Made by a program: the position numbers and the translations under genes
Shown: one piece after another, positions 32,900-60,918 of the stretch
Layout of the letters: each line of letters begins with the position of its first letter
How positions within the stretch are numbered: position 1 is the stretch's first letter
Assembly: GCA_040954595.2 (NCBI GenBank)
Contig: CM082593.2
Location: 2,267,830 to 2,331,829, forward strand
Direction of reading: 5' to 3'
Source: Balanoglossus misakiensis
Taxonomy: Eukaryota; Animalia; Hemichordata
DNA length: 64,000 nt
The notes under the pieces: generated by a model
Told to the model about the DNA's origin: nothing
Seen by the model: the letters and a program-made list of their open reading frames with translations, nothing else
The model's database searches: none

Positions 32900-33164
32900 G
32901 TCTGATTGGTGGCAGGATGTTGATGTGATGCAAGCTCATTCAAGGTTGCCAGGCAACAGGGGAGAATCCAAGAATTGTAATTGTTTTGTCAATCCTGCTA
33001 TCAAGCATATTGTTTTATTGGATATATATAGCCAAGCAGGCAGCACGACACTCTCTCTATCTCTCTGCTGGCTCTTTTCAAGAGCAATTATACATGCTGA
33101 GATTCTCCTGCCAAGCCAGTCAGGTCGGTGTGCTTGTCAGTTTGCATTTAACAACTTGAAGTTT
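32900..33164 (+). promoter_or_regulatory. Candidate proximal alternative promoter and non-coding first exon of PKG
   Basis: Inverted CCAAT (32905), X-box GTTGCCAGGCAAC (32945-32957), TATATATA (33023), pyrimidine-rich start region, donor TTT|GTGAGT at 33164/33165. Confidence 0.45.
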
Positions 33165-36100
33165 GTGAGTACATGCTCTGGTGATGTAAAGTGTTTCAGA
33201 GTTTATGTCATCTTATACAAGAGAGGAAGACATATGGTTCGTGCCTCTCATGGTTCACGTAAGTAGAGTTTGCATAAGATTTGATAGCAAGACCTTTAAG
33301 AGATAGCTGCCGGTCATGAGTGTTTTAACTGCTGCAAATCTAATGAAAATTGAAATGATATTCACCTAATATATTGTTTTAGCAATCATAAACTGTGATG
33401 ACTTTGGAGTTAAGAAAAATGTAGGTAGTTTAATTGTGAATTTACAATTGTACAACCACCACTAACTGCTGCTGTGCGTGTAGTACTCTAAGGAAACTGA
33501 GATCTTTGGGTGGGTGCATGCAGCTCTCACCTGGCAAAACCTGCATTAGCAAACCAGTTTATAACACCTAATAGTCTAATTATATGTAATACACATCATA
33601 TAATACTTGTTCAGAGAGCAGCTGCGGACCTTTAGGTGTTAAAGCCAATTACATGATCATCATGACCAATTACTTCTCTCTTGAATTGTACACAGGAAGC
33701 ATGCACTGATAATAGAAAGAATTATGATATCAGATGGGCATCAATTCATGCCACATCTCCAAAGATATGTTTCCAGAATTCACAGTACAAGCAGGTCATA
33801 TGGAACAACGTACTTTATGTTTCTCTAAGACACCATTTGTTGATTTCCTCGATCAAGTATTCAGCAGTTAATCCGCACATTTCTCTACTCGCTTGAAAGA
33901 AATGCAGTGAATCATAATTGGATCGCAATATCCTCCACGGTTTGCTGTGCATTTCCCATGCAAATACTCAGGAAAAGGGCATGCACACTTCAGAAAAAAA
34001 ATGCCTATGGCATGAGTATAAATGACCTGCATCAGGAGTACTAGGCAATGGATTTTTCACTAAAGGGAGCAATTTCAACAGAGCTGAGTGTGAAGTTTAT
34101 CACTCTATTGGGAGACAGAAGGTCAGCTGTCTTGGAAAACTTATTCCTGATAAGCATGTATGAAATTTAAATAAGTCAATAAAAAGGAACAAGAATTTGG
34201 CATACCTGTATAAAAAGCAATATTAACAACATGAGAGTAATTTAATTGTATTCTACTGATTTTTTCATATCGGGATGCTGAACATGTTACAGCATAGTAC
34301 TGTATTTAGAAATGAAACTACTGTGCTGCAAGACAAACTGCAGAGGTAACTTTTTTAGCTGTAATTTAAACATGCATATGTGTCATTACACTCATTGAAC
34401 ACTTAAGATGAAAACTGTGCAGCACTTAAAGAGAAGGCCTTGTCACTTCTAAAGAGGTAATATTTCAAAGCAGATGGAGCAAAAGCAAGACGTACATGGG
34501 AAGCTTGCAAAAAACTGCTCCACTTTAGACTTGCTAGTGGTAATTTAAGAGGCACTTCAATATTAAAATGGGATATAGTGTAATTGAGTAAACAGCAGCA
34601 GGGTGCCTGAATAGTCGGTGAGGTTTCCTGCTGCTTGAACTGGTAGTGCAGAAATCTTATACTGACACTGTGAGATTATATTCAGTTTGGACATAAACTA
34701 TCAGTCCTGAAACATGCCAATAACAGAGTGTAAATTCTGGAATTATAGAAATGGGATTTTATAAAAACAATAATGTGATTTACTGTGAAAACAACATGTT
34801 CTGTGGTCATTTAAAACATGATCACCATCCTGTCTGGAAGGTTTGGATGTTCCATCTGTCCTCTCTGACTCCAGCAAAGTTGTTTTGCTCTACAGGAGCA
34901 CAACATTGAAAGTAGATCATGACTCTCAAAATATAAAAGTACCAATATGTCTTCTTGATGGAAGAAACTATTCATGTGATTCTTGAATTTCGTATATGCA
35001 TCCTTAAAAGCCAGATTACAACGGCATGTACATGTGCTACCCTGAATGACACCTGTGACCCTTTCTTGCAAGACAACTACGCTATCATGTTGTAATCTTC
35101 AGTTGCCATGGAAATGAAAGAGATAATAGTGCGAGATTGCGTCAAAGCCTGCATAGTTTATCACCAGTGTGTGTCATGCTTGTACTGTCATGATAAATGT
35201 TTCTACTTGCCTTCCCGATCAGACATCAGACAGGGGATTGTTTTCAATAATAACTTGATAAGAACAAATTAGAAGGAAGAGACATTTCGTGCAATTTGCA
35301 GGTATAAGTGTACAATCGCCTGTGTAAATTTCACCACAGATACTGTAGATGCTTGGGTTGTGTAGCCAATCATGGATTTTCACGGGGGTGGCCACTTAAA
35401 AAAAGAGTTCAATTGCATACATCGGTAGATAACTGGATCGATGTTAAAGCAGTCGTAGAGAGTACACATAGCTTGCATGGGAGAATAAAAACCAGTTGCT
35501 GAGGAAGCCTGGAGGGAAAACATACTTTATGTATCATTTAAATGGTAAATGTAAATGTGACATTTGAGTTTAAATAATAAAGTATTCAAACTCAGGGAAA
35601 TCATGCGTGCAAGTCAAAAAGGTATCCTGCCATCGACTGGGAAGTTCTTGCTTGTGATTGGGCAAAGAAGAAAACCAATAGAAACAAAAGGCTGTGATTA
35701 TTTTTGTATAGAGGGCGCTTGATAGACCAGTGGGCGCCTTTCCAGTGAAATGTACAGAGCTGCTGTATGATTTTCTGATGAGGAAATTATGGATATCAAT
35801 TTAGATATTACATCATATTGGGTTTCATTGTCGCAGAAACCAATTGTGGATAGAATTTTTTGTCTATATAAGTCAAGATATCGATTATAGTTTCTGCATT
35901 TAAAAAATGAATCTCCCGTAAGACATTGAAGAAAAAAAAGTCTCAAGCTATTAAATGTTAGAAGAAAATTGGCAATAAATTACTTTCAAAGAAACTAAAG
36001 TAAATAATATCTCTTCTAAACCATATTTTATGCTACATGTAGGTATTCCACGAAACATATGTGCTGTTTATCTAGTGTAATTGGTTTTCATATGTTTGTG

Positions 36101-36213
36101 TGCACTTGAAGATATTTTTGTAAAGTGTAAATATAACATCATTCATCTTCATAGGAGAAAAATTATAGGGTTATGTTTTCATTTCTTTCTTTATTTTTGT
36201 GGTTTACTTGCAG

Positions 36214-36513
36214 GAAATACACAGAAGTCCACCTCCAACTGATTTCAGGAAGAAATTGACATCCACCATTGTACCGAATATTCTGTCAAGCGTTCACTTG
36301 GAAGAAATTCCCAGGGAAATCGCTCCTGTAGGCCTAATCTGAGAACTATTTTCCGATAAAACATTGGTCGGGTGCTGGCTACTTGTACGTGTGTACATTA
36401 CACTAAATCAAAACAGGAGCGAAAACATTTTGCTAGCGTGTAGGCGCTGTTTCAGTCGAGTCAGTCACTGATCAATTCTCAACCCAGCTGTGACGTAAGC
36501 GGAAGTAGCTTCA
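36214..36513 (+). other. 5' UTR portion of the first PKG coding exon
   Basis: Long polypyrimidine tract and ttgcAG acceptor at 36213; 300 nt without any ATG before the start at 36514. Confidence 0.7.
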
Positions 36514-53138
<16,625 letters not shown>

Positions 53139-55115
53139 ATGAACAAACGTGAGCTGAGGAAGGAATCTGCTCAAGATCTGTAGCTTACCAGTACTACAGC
53201 ATGGTTCTTCCACACTTCTCAATATCAAGGTCAAATTTATGAATCTGTTTTTGTCATACAGACATCAGCCGTCTTGCTGGTAACAGACTCTCGACCCCTT
53301 TTGACAATTAAGGGCCACCTCTGAGAGAATTTTACAGAACATTGCCACATTTACAAATTTGCTTGAGTTTTTTCGAGAGCATATTTCCACCTCTTCAGCG
53401 TATATGCCGAGAGAATTTTATAATCTATGGTACTTAGAGTTTAGGAGACTTCATCTAAGCCCAACACATGGGTTGTTGCAAACAATCCTTTCCTCATAGA
53501 AACATTTGAATGCCCAAAGTGTGAGACCAGAGTGAAGGAAAGGTGGACAAGGAAAGTAGTGATGCACAACTAGAACGTAACAGTAAGTTTCCTATCCTGG
53601 TGTTAGAGTATTTTCACATATGTGGCCTGGCAAACACAGGGAATACAGTAGATTGTGTTGGGGGCACATAAGTAAGTAGTTTGAAGTGTTTGAATTCAGA
53701 ACCGCCGGACAGTTTATGAAGACATCACCAGCCTCCCCAAATTGAAAGCATAAACCTCAACGCAGTGCTTTGCAGAAATTTTGTAAGTCTATTTTTGTAT
53801 CGACTGTTGATGTAATGTTAGAATAACTTCCTGCGAAGGTGTCTTGATGGAATGGCAGACTTGAAGTGGAAGTAAACAGGCTACTTTTGCATTTGTTGTT
53901 AGGATTTGAAAGGTGTAGGAATTTTCTGTCCAGATTTAAAAAGAGAGAACAGCATAAATTTGCACACTGTTCTTTGAAAGGGCATTGTTATTTTATGTTG
54001 GTTATTTGGTCACAAAAAATGTCATCAAACTTTAGGCTTAGAAGAAACCACAGGGTAATGATAAAATAAATTGCATCTAACGTTGATCATACAAAGATAT
54101 TTAATTTTCAGGTATGTGATAACTATAAGTACATGTAATGATGAAATTATACAATAATCAACTACATGCATGTACACTCTTCCTTTGTGATATAAAAAAA
54201 TAACATGAATTTTTTTCTTATGTTTTTATGACTCAATACTTTTGCAATATTTTAAAGTTGTTTTATGTCTACATAGGAAGTTTGTTGAAGATTTGTATAG
54301 ATTTTAAATGTTATAAATTCTTGGACATGTAAAATTAGCCACAAACAATCATTTTGGAAGAGTTTTGGTTTTCACATCTCTACATGTAATTATAATCATC
54401 GAGTGAATTTTAGATGAAAGTCATAGCCAAGTCAGACTGTCCCTATTTGTGGCACACCCTTTCTTTAAAACACGGAATGACCCCTGTGTATCAGGTGGGC
54501 AGTCAGTCACAATGAATTGACATTAGAGGGGGGTTAGAATTTTAAAAGTGAAGTATTTGTACATTAATATCAGCTCAGGTAGATTTGGCTTTGTCCTGAA
54601 TGAAATTTTCAACTTGTATTGAGTCTGCATAATGTGATACACCAGTTTCTTATGATAGGATTTCTGCTAGTTAATACAATTTTCTCAGCACAAAATATAG
54701 ATGCAGAAAGGATTATTAATAACGTTCACTATGCCAACAAATAATGCACAAAAGTCGCCTTTGAAAAGAAGGGCTTGAATTCATAGGAAGAGATATTTAT
54801 TGAACCAAAGATAGAGAAATACACACAAGATCACCTCCAATCTACCAAAAAATTTCAAGGCAACAAGAATCAACAATTGCATGTTATGCATCGGGGGTAC
54901 CGTATAGTAATTCTACCCCCAAATAAATAGACTTAGCTGTGTAAAGTTAAAGTTAGTTTGTAGAGTTATTGAAGTGGAATTATTCAGAACACTTATAGCT
55001 AGGAGTAAAAATTCACTGTCTATAATGTACACCAATTCACCTCATGTCTTATGAACTGTGCAGCTGAAAAGCATGCACAAGATTTGTATATTTTTCAAGG
55101 CATAATTTACTTAGT

Positions 55116-55202
55116 TTAACCCTTTCACCACCATGGTTTGGTCCATTGTTTTGTATGTAAAAGTTGGACCTCTTTACAGGGAAATGGGGGTGGAAGGGTT
55201 AG
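55116..55202. mobile_element. TTAA-flanked MITE, copy 2 (downstream of PKG stop, probable 3' UTR)
   Basis: TTAACCCTTTCACC...GGTGGAAGGGTTAG inverted termini; homologous to 1530-1623. Confidence 0.75.
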
Positions 55203-55907
55203 GGTAGTGTGTGTGAGAGACTTATTTATTGTAGAGGTATCAAGTAGAGTTTCATAGTTTCTGCATTCTGCCAAATCTGATATTGACTGCGAAAGTACCA
55301 GCCATAGTATGTGTAAAACCATATCAACCAATTATCTTGCAGCTCTTTTATTCATATAATTTGCATATCAGGGGTAAACTATTTAATCATAGGGGAATGC
55401 GTACTTTCTGGGAGGGGTTATTCTGCCGTGTTACAGATGAACAACTGTAGTTGCATAGAATGTGTATTGTGAATGTGATCGTTAATTATAGTGGATTAAT
55501 CTTCATTGTTACGGGTTTTCTAGTCTTCTTCACGGGGTTAAATTATTCAAATTATATTTCATCTTGATAGGAGAAAATTGTCCTGTCGTTATACATCTTA
55601 TAGTACTATATTAATCTAAAGCGACACTACTTAACATTTTAAGCTAAGAAAGAGGATTTTTTAAAGTCTTTTTTTGTATAAATTATGCATCTGTTTCATG
55701 AAAAGAAATGTGATTTAGCATATAAAATAGCACATGAAAAAAATTAAATATTTGTACCATGAAGGAAAAGAAACTTTTCTGTCAAAAAACTCAGTCAGTT
55801 TTTAATTTAAAATGTTTCCTGGTTTGATGAAATTAACGCTAGAAATTAATGTGTAGACACTGTCACTAGAAACTCGCTGAAATAATGAATCAGAGTAATG
55901 TCAGAGA

Positions 55908-55925
55908 AATAAAATGAAATTTATT
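55908..55925. terminator. Candidate back-to-back polyadenylation signals of PKG (+) and TMA16 (-)
   Basis: AATAAA on + at 55908-55913 and on - at 55925-55920; a further + AATAAA at 56174. Confidence 0.5.
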
Positions 55926-56215
55926 TAAAAACAAACCTTTGGGGGAAATGGAAGATTTTTTTTCCATCTGTTGCTCACTTCAGTATCAGAAGTTGTTACT
56001 TTCCCTTACAATATATTTTTGTACCTCTCTGCTTTCAGAAAAATTGGCAAATCAGCAGCTTAATACCATTGGTTGGTAGGTGAAATCATAGCGTCTTGTC
56101 AATTAGTCAATTCTTAATTTAAAGATGTTCAACTTTTCTTTAGGCTTTTTTTGTCTCAGTGATAACTTATTGAAATAAAGATTTTTGTCTTCATTCTCAT
56201 TTATCTTTGCTTTGT

Positions 56216-57963
56216 TTAAGTTCCGTCATCAATATCTCCATCGTTATCTTTTGTATCATGTGTTTTGTCTGATGATTTTGATTTGTCCTTGTTAGTTACT
56301 GCTTTGACACATTTCATTGTGATTGCTGTTAGGTACTTTACGTCCCGATTCCAGGCTTTGAAGATCTGTAAATTCCTCCCGTTCATCAAATCTGGAACCT
56401 CTGAAGGAAGAAGAAGAGAATGATGAAAGTTAGAACACCGTCTCATCCCTGCTCAATATAAATCATGGCAGAAAGATTGATACCCACATGAATGACTACC
56501 AAGACTACAAGTTACACTCACCAAACCCACATGTCGTGTATTCATTTTTCTCCCTTTCCAACGTAGATCTGATGGCCATCTCCCGCGACGCGTGTTGCCT
56601 TCCTTGTCTCTTCTTGATACTGTTGACAATTTCTATCTGTTCTAATTCTTCATTAAATCTTTCAAAATAACTGGAATTGAACATAGATATTGTAGATGAC
56701 CATCACCATATCAACTTCTAGCACTTGAGTTTAACGTCCATGTATATTAACACATTTAGTCATACATTAGTTCTAAGATCAAGTCTGCAATCCACTTTGA
56801 ATAATACTAAGTTTACTCACAGTTCAATTAACTGACAGACTTCATCTCTGGTGTATATGGACTTATCAGGATCTAGCCTATCATGAAACCAGTGCAATTT
56901 TTCCATTACTGCATTGTCCCGAATGGATCTCTCTGCCTCCCGTCTGGAAAAGAATTTGTAAATGGTTTCCTTTATTGACAATCTCTTCAATCATGCACAG
57001 AATATACATCTTATACACAAGATCTTTTAATTTACTTCCTCTATAATCAGTCTCTGTCAACACTTACAAACTTCTCTTTTCTTTTCTCTGAGCTCCTCTT
57101 GCCAACTGTGCTGCTTTCCTGCCATGTGGATGTACAGGTTTTCTCTGTTGACCAAGTTTCAAGTTTGTGGCTTTGGGCTGAGGAAGTTGAAAGACATGCA
57201 TTACAAAAAAAAGTTTTAGTAAGCACAATTATAGAACGAAAGTCAACCTCTGCATGCATTGACTCACCGCCTGAGGGCGTATTATATGAGCCACTGACAG
57301 GCCACACTAGTAATTTTCGTAAGAAAGGCAATTTTGTTTATAATATTGCAAAGACAGTTAGAAATTTTGTTGGAGGTGACCCTTTTAACGCGTTTCAAGT
57401 CGCTTAGAGCGGCTGAATGTTAAAATACACCAAATCTCGGAGCTATAGTGCGCCACCAACTTCCGCTCCCGATCAGAAATTATCGTCTGGTGCGTGCGTC
57501 TCAGGGCAGCAGTTTTCAGATTCATCGCTACAAACACGTCGGAAAATCAAGGAAATTGTAAGTAAATTATCTTTTCATTTACATTTAGGCATTCTAAAAA
57601 CATTTTCGAAACCTTTACTTCAGTTGTCCCTCAAAGTGCATCATTTTGGGTGTTTTTTTGGCTTTCCTTTCGTTTTTTTCCAAATTGAAGTCCTGCCTCT
57701 TTTACGGCAGCAGTGTTTACCGAGCACTGCAGAATACATGAAAAGCATATGCAGAATGCCAAAATTTGAAGAAAAAATAGGGTTTGTACATAACTCGTAC
57801 ATCATACGTCAGGTCAAGAACTAAAGACACCTATTCTAATCGGGACATTCGCGTCCACGTGTCTTGGAGACTGTCCTGGATGATAACACGTGTCAGTGTT
57901 GATTTCTGGTGGATGGGCGTGACTTCCAGTTCAAGATCAGATGGAACTAAAAAAACCTACCAT
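56216..57963 (-). CDS. TMA16: Translation machinery-associated protein 16 (pre-60S factor), ~189 aa, complete
   Basis: Exons 57963-57961 (ATG only, ATG|GTAGGT), 57177-57068, 56943-56821, 56670-56522, 56400-56216. Translation MPKAT...VHPHGRKAAQLAR...EKLHWFHDRLDPDK...YFERFNEELEQIE...RQGRQHASRE...GFEVPDLMN...FKAWNRD matches the TMA16 family. The ATG-only exon is the least certain part. Confidence 0.92.
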
Positions 57964-58115
57964 ATTGACGTTAAAGACAGTCTTTCCGATCCAAGAGTAC
58001 AGTTCCACCGTCGATACTACGATCTGCCTTGAAAGCTTTAAATCTGTTCACTTTTCCGCGAGGAATTTCGCAATGTACCGCAGCGTCGTCGTACCTTTCA
58101 CACCAAACTCATGGG

Positions 58116-58128
58116 CGCCGCCATTTTG
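58116..58128 (-). promoter_or_regulatory. YY1-type motif (CAAAATGGCGGC) at the probable TMA16 5' end
   Basis: GCCGCCATTTTG on the plus strand in a CpG-rich segment, ~160 bp upstream of the TMA16 ATG. Confidence 0.6.
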
Positions 58129-58802
58129 AATAATCAGAAGATCAAGTTATTTTTAAAAGGGGTAAGTCAACTATTGTTCACCTATAGCTATCGAGTAATT
58201 AACACGTGTAATACTGAGATATTCACATAATATTACTAATTTGAGTGCACAATCAGTGAAACTGTTTTATTAGAGCCAGTTATAACCTCTTAAAAAGTGC
58301 ACCATACGTGAAAGGGTCAATGCCCATACCCACTGGAATTAGTAGTGTTCCGATCCTGGCGCATGCTCACTTATGAATTCATCGATTGAAATCTACATTT
58401 TGACTGAAACCGATTCCATTATACCGCGAAATATATTCACAAGTCGATTACAAGGTAATTCATGTCCGTTGTAAATCTTCGAGGTTATGGTGATATTTGT
58501 GTTACTTTGTTTTAAATACGCGACCTCGGTGTCGAGATGTGAAATGTCATAGTGACCTCAGTGACCAGCAGATCTCTGCTGAGCCCGTGTTCATTGCTCT
58601 GCAGCTGTAGTAGTCCAGTGACTAGGTCGTTTTATGTATTTTCGTGCAATTACCATTTTATTTCTTTAATAACAAGTATATTAGTATGGTACAGTCAATA
58701 ACTGCGCACTTACTCAAGCTTTTGATTTTTGTTTCAGCACATACATAAATGAAACGGACATTGCAATAGAAGTACACAAATATACAATAGCCATAATTCA
58801 TA

Positions 58803-59693
58803 ATGGCAGCCGCAAAGGTTGCCATAGTGATAGCAGTTGTTGCTATCGCAATGCTGACCCAGCTGGAAGTCGATGAAGACCCACTGGTGGTGGAGCGGTT
58901 TGTCAGTATCCCAAGCAATAAAGATAATGTATTTTCATATGTGGCAAATATTGAAAATATGGCAAGTGTGAGTATTAATTTCACTTTTCTTTCTTCATTT
59001 AATTATTGCAATAAATGTAATGTAGACATTTAATTAAGTTAGCAATATTGACAGAACTCACTGAACATTTTTCTTAATGAATTATATTTGTTCAAAGTAC
59101 TAATATGCGTGGTGTAACTAGAAATGTAAGAAATATTCAAATGAATAATAATCGTGTGAATTTGCTTTGTCTTTCAGTGGTTTCCAGATGTAATCGACGA
59201 GCAGCCATTTGATAATTCCAGACTTGGCGTCGGAAAGCGTTACTATGAACACTTAAAGCTACCAATCCTGGGAGAGAAGAAAGCCATTTTGGAAATCACA
59301 AAGTATGCTCCCAAGAAATATTCAATGGCGTACGAAACAGATCTCGATTTGGTGTTACCACGGTACGAAGTGATGTGTGTTGATCACGAGACTGATGCTG
59401 GAAAACTACGGACAAAGGTCATCTGGAAGATGTATACAAGGCGAAGAAGCTATCTTTACTACGTGAGTTTCCAGTGAAAACAACCTTTCTATTATATTGT
59501 TTCGATTAGAATACTGTTACATTACTGTCCACACAAGGCTGCAGTGTCATTTGGAGGAAGCTGTATTGTCATAATCATTTACAATAATCTGATGCCTTTT
59601 TTATTGCAGGGTACTGTTTTGCAGTTTTTACGGATCATCATGAAGGACAGAGCAGCGGGAGCACTATTCCAATTGTTCTACCAGTTTGCATGA
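58803..59693 (+). CDS. Uncharacterised SRPBCC/START-like (Polyketide_cyc2-type) protein with N-terminal hydrophobic signal or anchor, 177 aa
   Basis: Exons 58803-58967, 59178-59462, 59610-59693 (phase 0, GT-AG). Hydrophobic N-terminus VAIVIAVVAIAML, then VERFVSIPSNKDNVFSYVANIENMASWFPDV...LGVGKRY, a pattern typical of the SRPBCC N-terminal strand/helix/WxP. AATAAA at 60590. Fold assignment is by motif recognition only. Confidence 0.8.
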
Positions 59694-60918
59694 CAGGATA
59701 CCGCAACTGCCTACACAGCAAAGGTTTTCTATTGATTTCAAGTGGGGTGTAAAGGCAGCCATATTACATTTAGTGGGTGGGTGTTGATTACCCATGATTC
59801 CCTGCTCCCGTGCATGAGTCAGGAAACAGTTCTTGGCAGAATCTGAAGAAAAATAATAAGAAAACATGGATGCCTTTACACTGAATATGATCAGGAAGCC
59901 TTTCCTGTTTAGGCAGTTGCTGGTGTATGTACAGGAAAAGTGGGATTGTGTTTTCAAACCACAGACGACTTGATATGGTAGTTCCTTCACTGCCAGAATA
60001 TAGCCACAAACATCTTATGGAAGAATCTGGCGAGTATTTGAGATACACAAGAAAGTGTTGGCCAGCTCACTTAAAGAATACAGTCCCAAGAGAATTTTGT
60101 ACTTTTACTCCCAAATGTCCAAGTCATGTGAGAGAGGTGCCAGTCTTGAATAAAATCAACTACCGGAACATCGGTTGTAAATACTTTGTTTCAGCCATTG
60201 TGTATTTATTTGTGAGAATTTATGTCAGCTTTACTAGTTTCAATGTTTCTGAAATTTTAGGACTGTTGAGTTTTGTTATCAATGTTGTGTGTAGTATTTC
60301 GCCAGTAGAGAACATATCATAAATTCCATTAATTGTGTAGATGTGTGTTTGCTGGTGGCACAGAATTAAAATTTGTACGTTGTAGGTACAAATTTAGTAT
60401 TTGCAGAAATTGAAATGCCTTTCTACATCGTTTTAACTTTATTCTATAATAGATAATTTCCTCACAGGTTTAGTTCATTTTATGACTGACGTGACAGTAG
60501 TATGATAGTTTTCATGTTGAAATCATTACTTGTATTTTCATGTTTATACCTATACACTCTATGCATAGAACCATATATTTTCATTTGTCAATAAACTAGA
60601 TTGATACTGTACATGTATTTTAACTCATCCGTTTGCTTGATAATGTGGTTCTAAATGACACCACTATGATATGAATCAGTACTAGAGAGAACCATGGGTG
60701 CTGGGGAGTCCAATAAAAGAGATATACTGCAGTGATAGGGGGTCTGATAAAAGGGCACACAATACAAGATTTTCATGAACTCAACATAATATTTATTTAA
60801 CAAAGATGCTGATATGAAAAACCACAAAGTAATAGGGCAGTAACATGGAATGTTCCAGCATAGATAACATAAGTAGACCAATCCTCAAAGCAGAGACAGG
60901 GTTGGATGGGTGGGTGAT

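Noticed and set aside
7600-36200. Nested protein gene, microRNA cluster or alternative PKG leucine-zipper exon (e.g. ORFs 11166-11432, 18230-18604, 32925-33266)
   Set aside because: No recognisable domains or phase-consistent exon chains, and no full match to conserved miRNAs I can recall. An Rfam or miRNA scan would be needed to exclude RNA genes formally.
57178-57960. Intronic snoRNA in TMA16; ORFs 57417-57824 and 57784-58032
   Set aside because: No correctly spaced C/D or H/ACA boxes found; the ORFs are antisense intronic with no domain.
59691-59735. TGA-C stop of the SRPBCC gene as selenocysteine or readthrough
   Set aside because: Extension is only ~13 codons and no canonical SECIS is visible; the fold appears complete at the stop.
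59927-60322. 131-aa ORF after the SRPBCC gene
   Set aside because: Lies in the probable 3' UTR, has no recognisable domain and no phase-compatible splice link.
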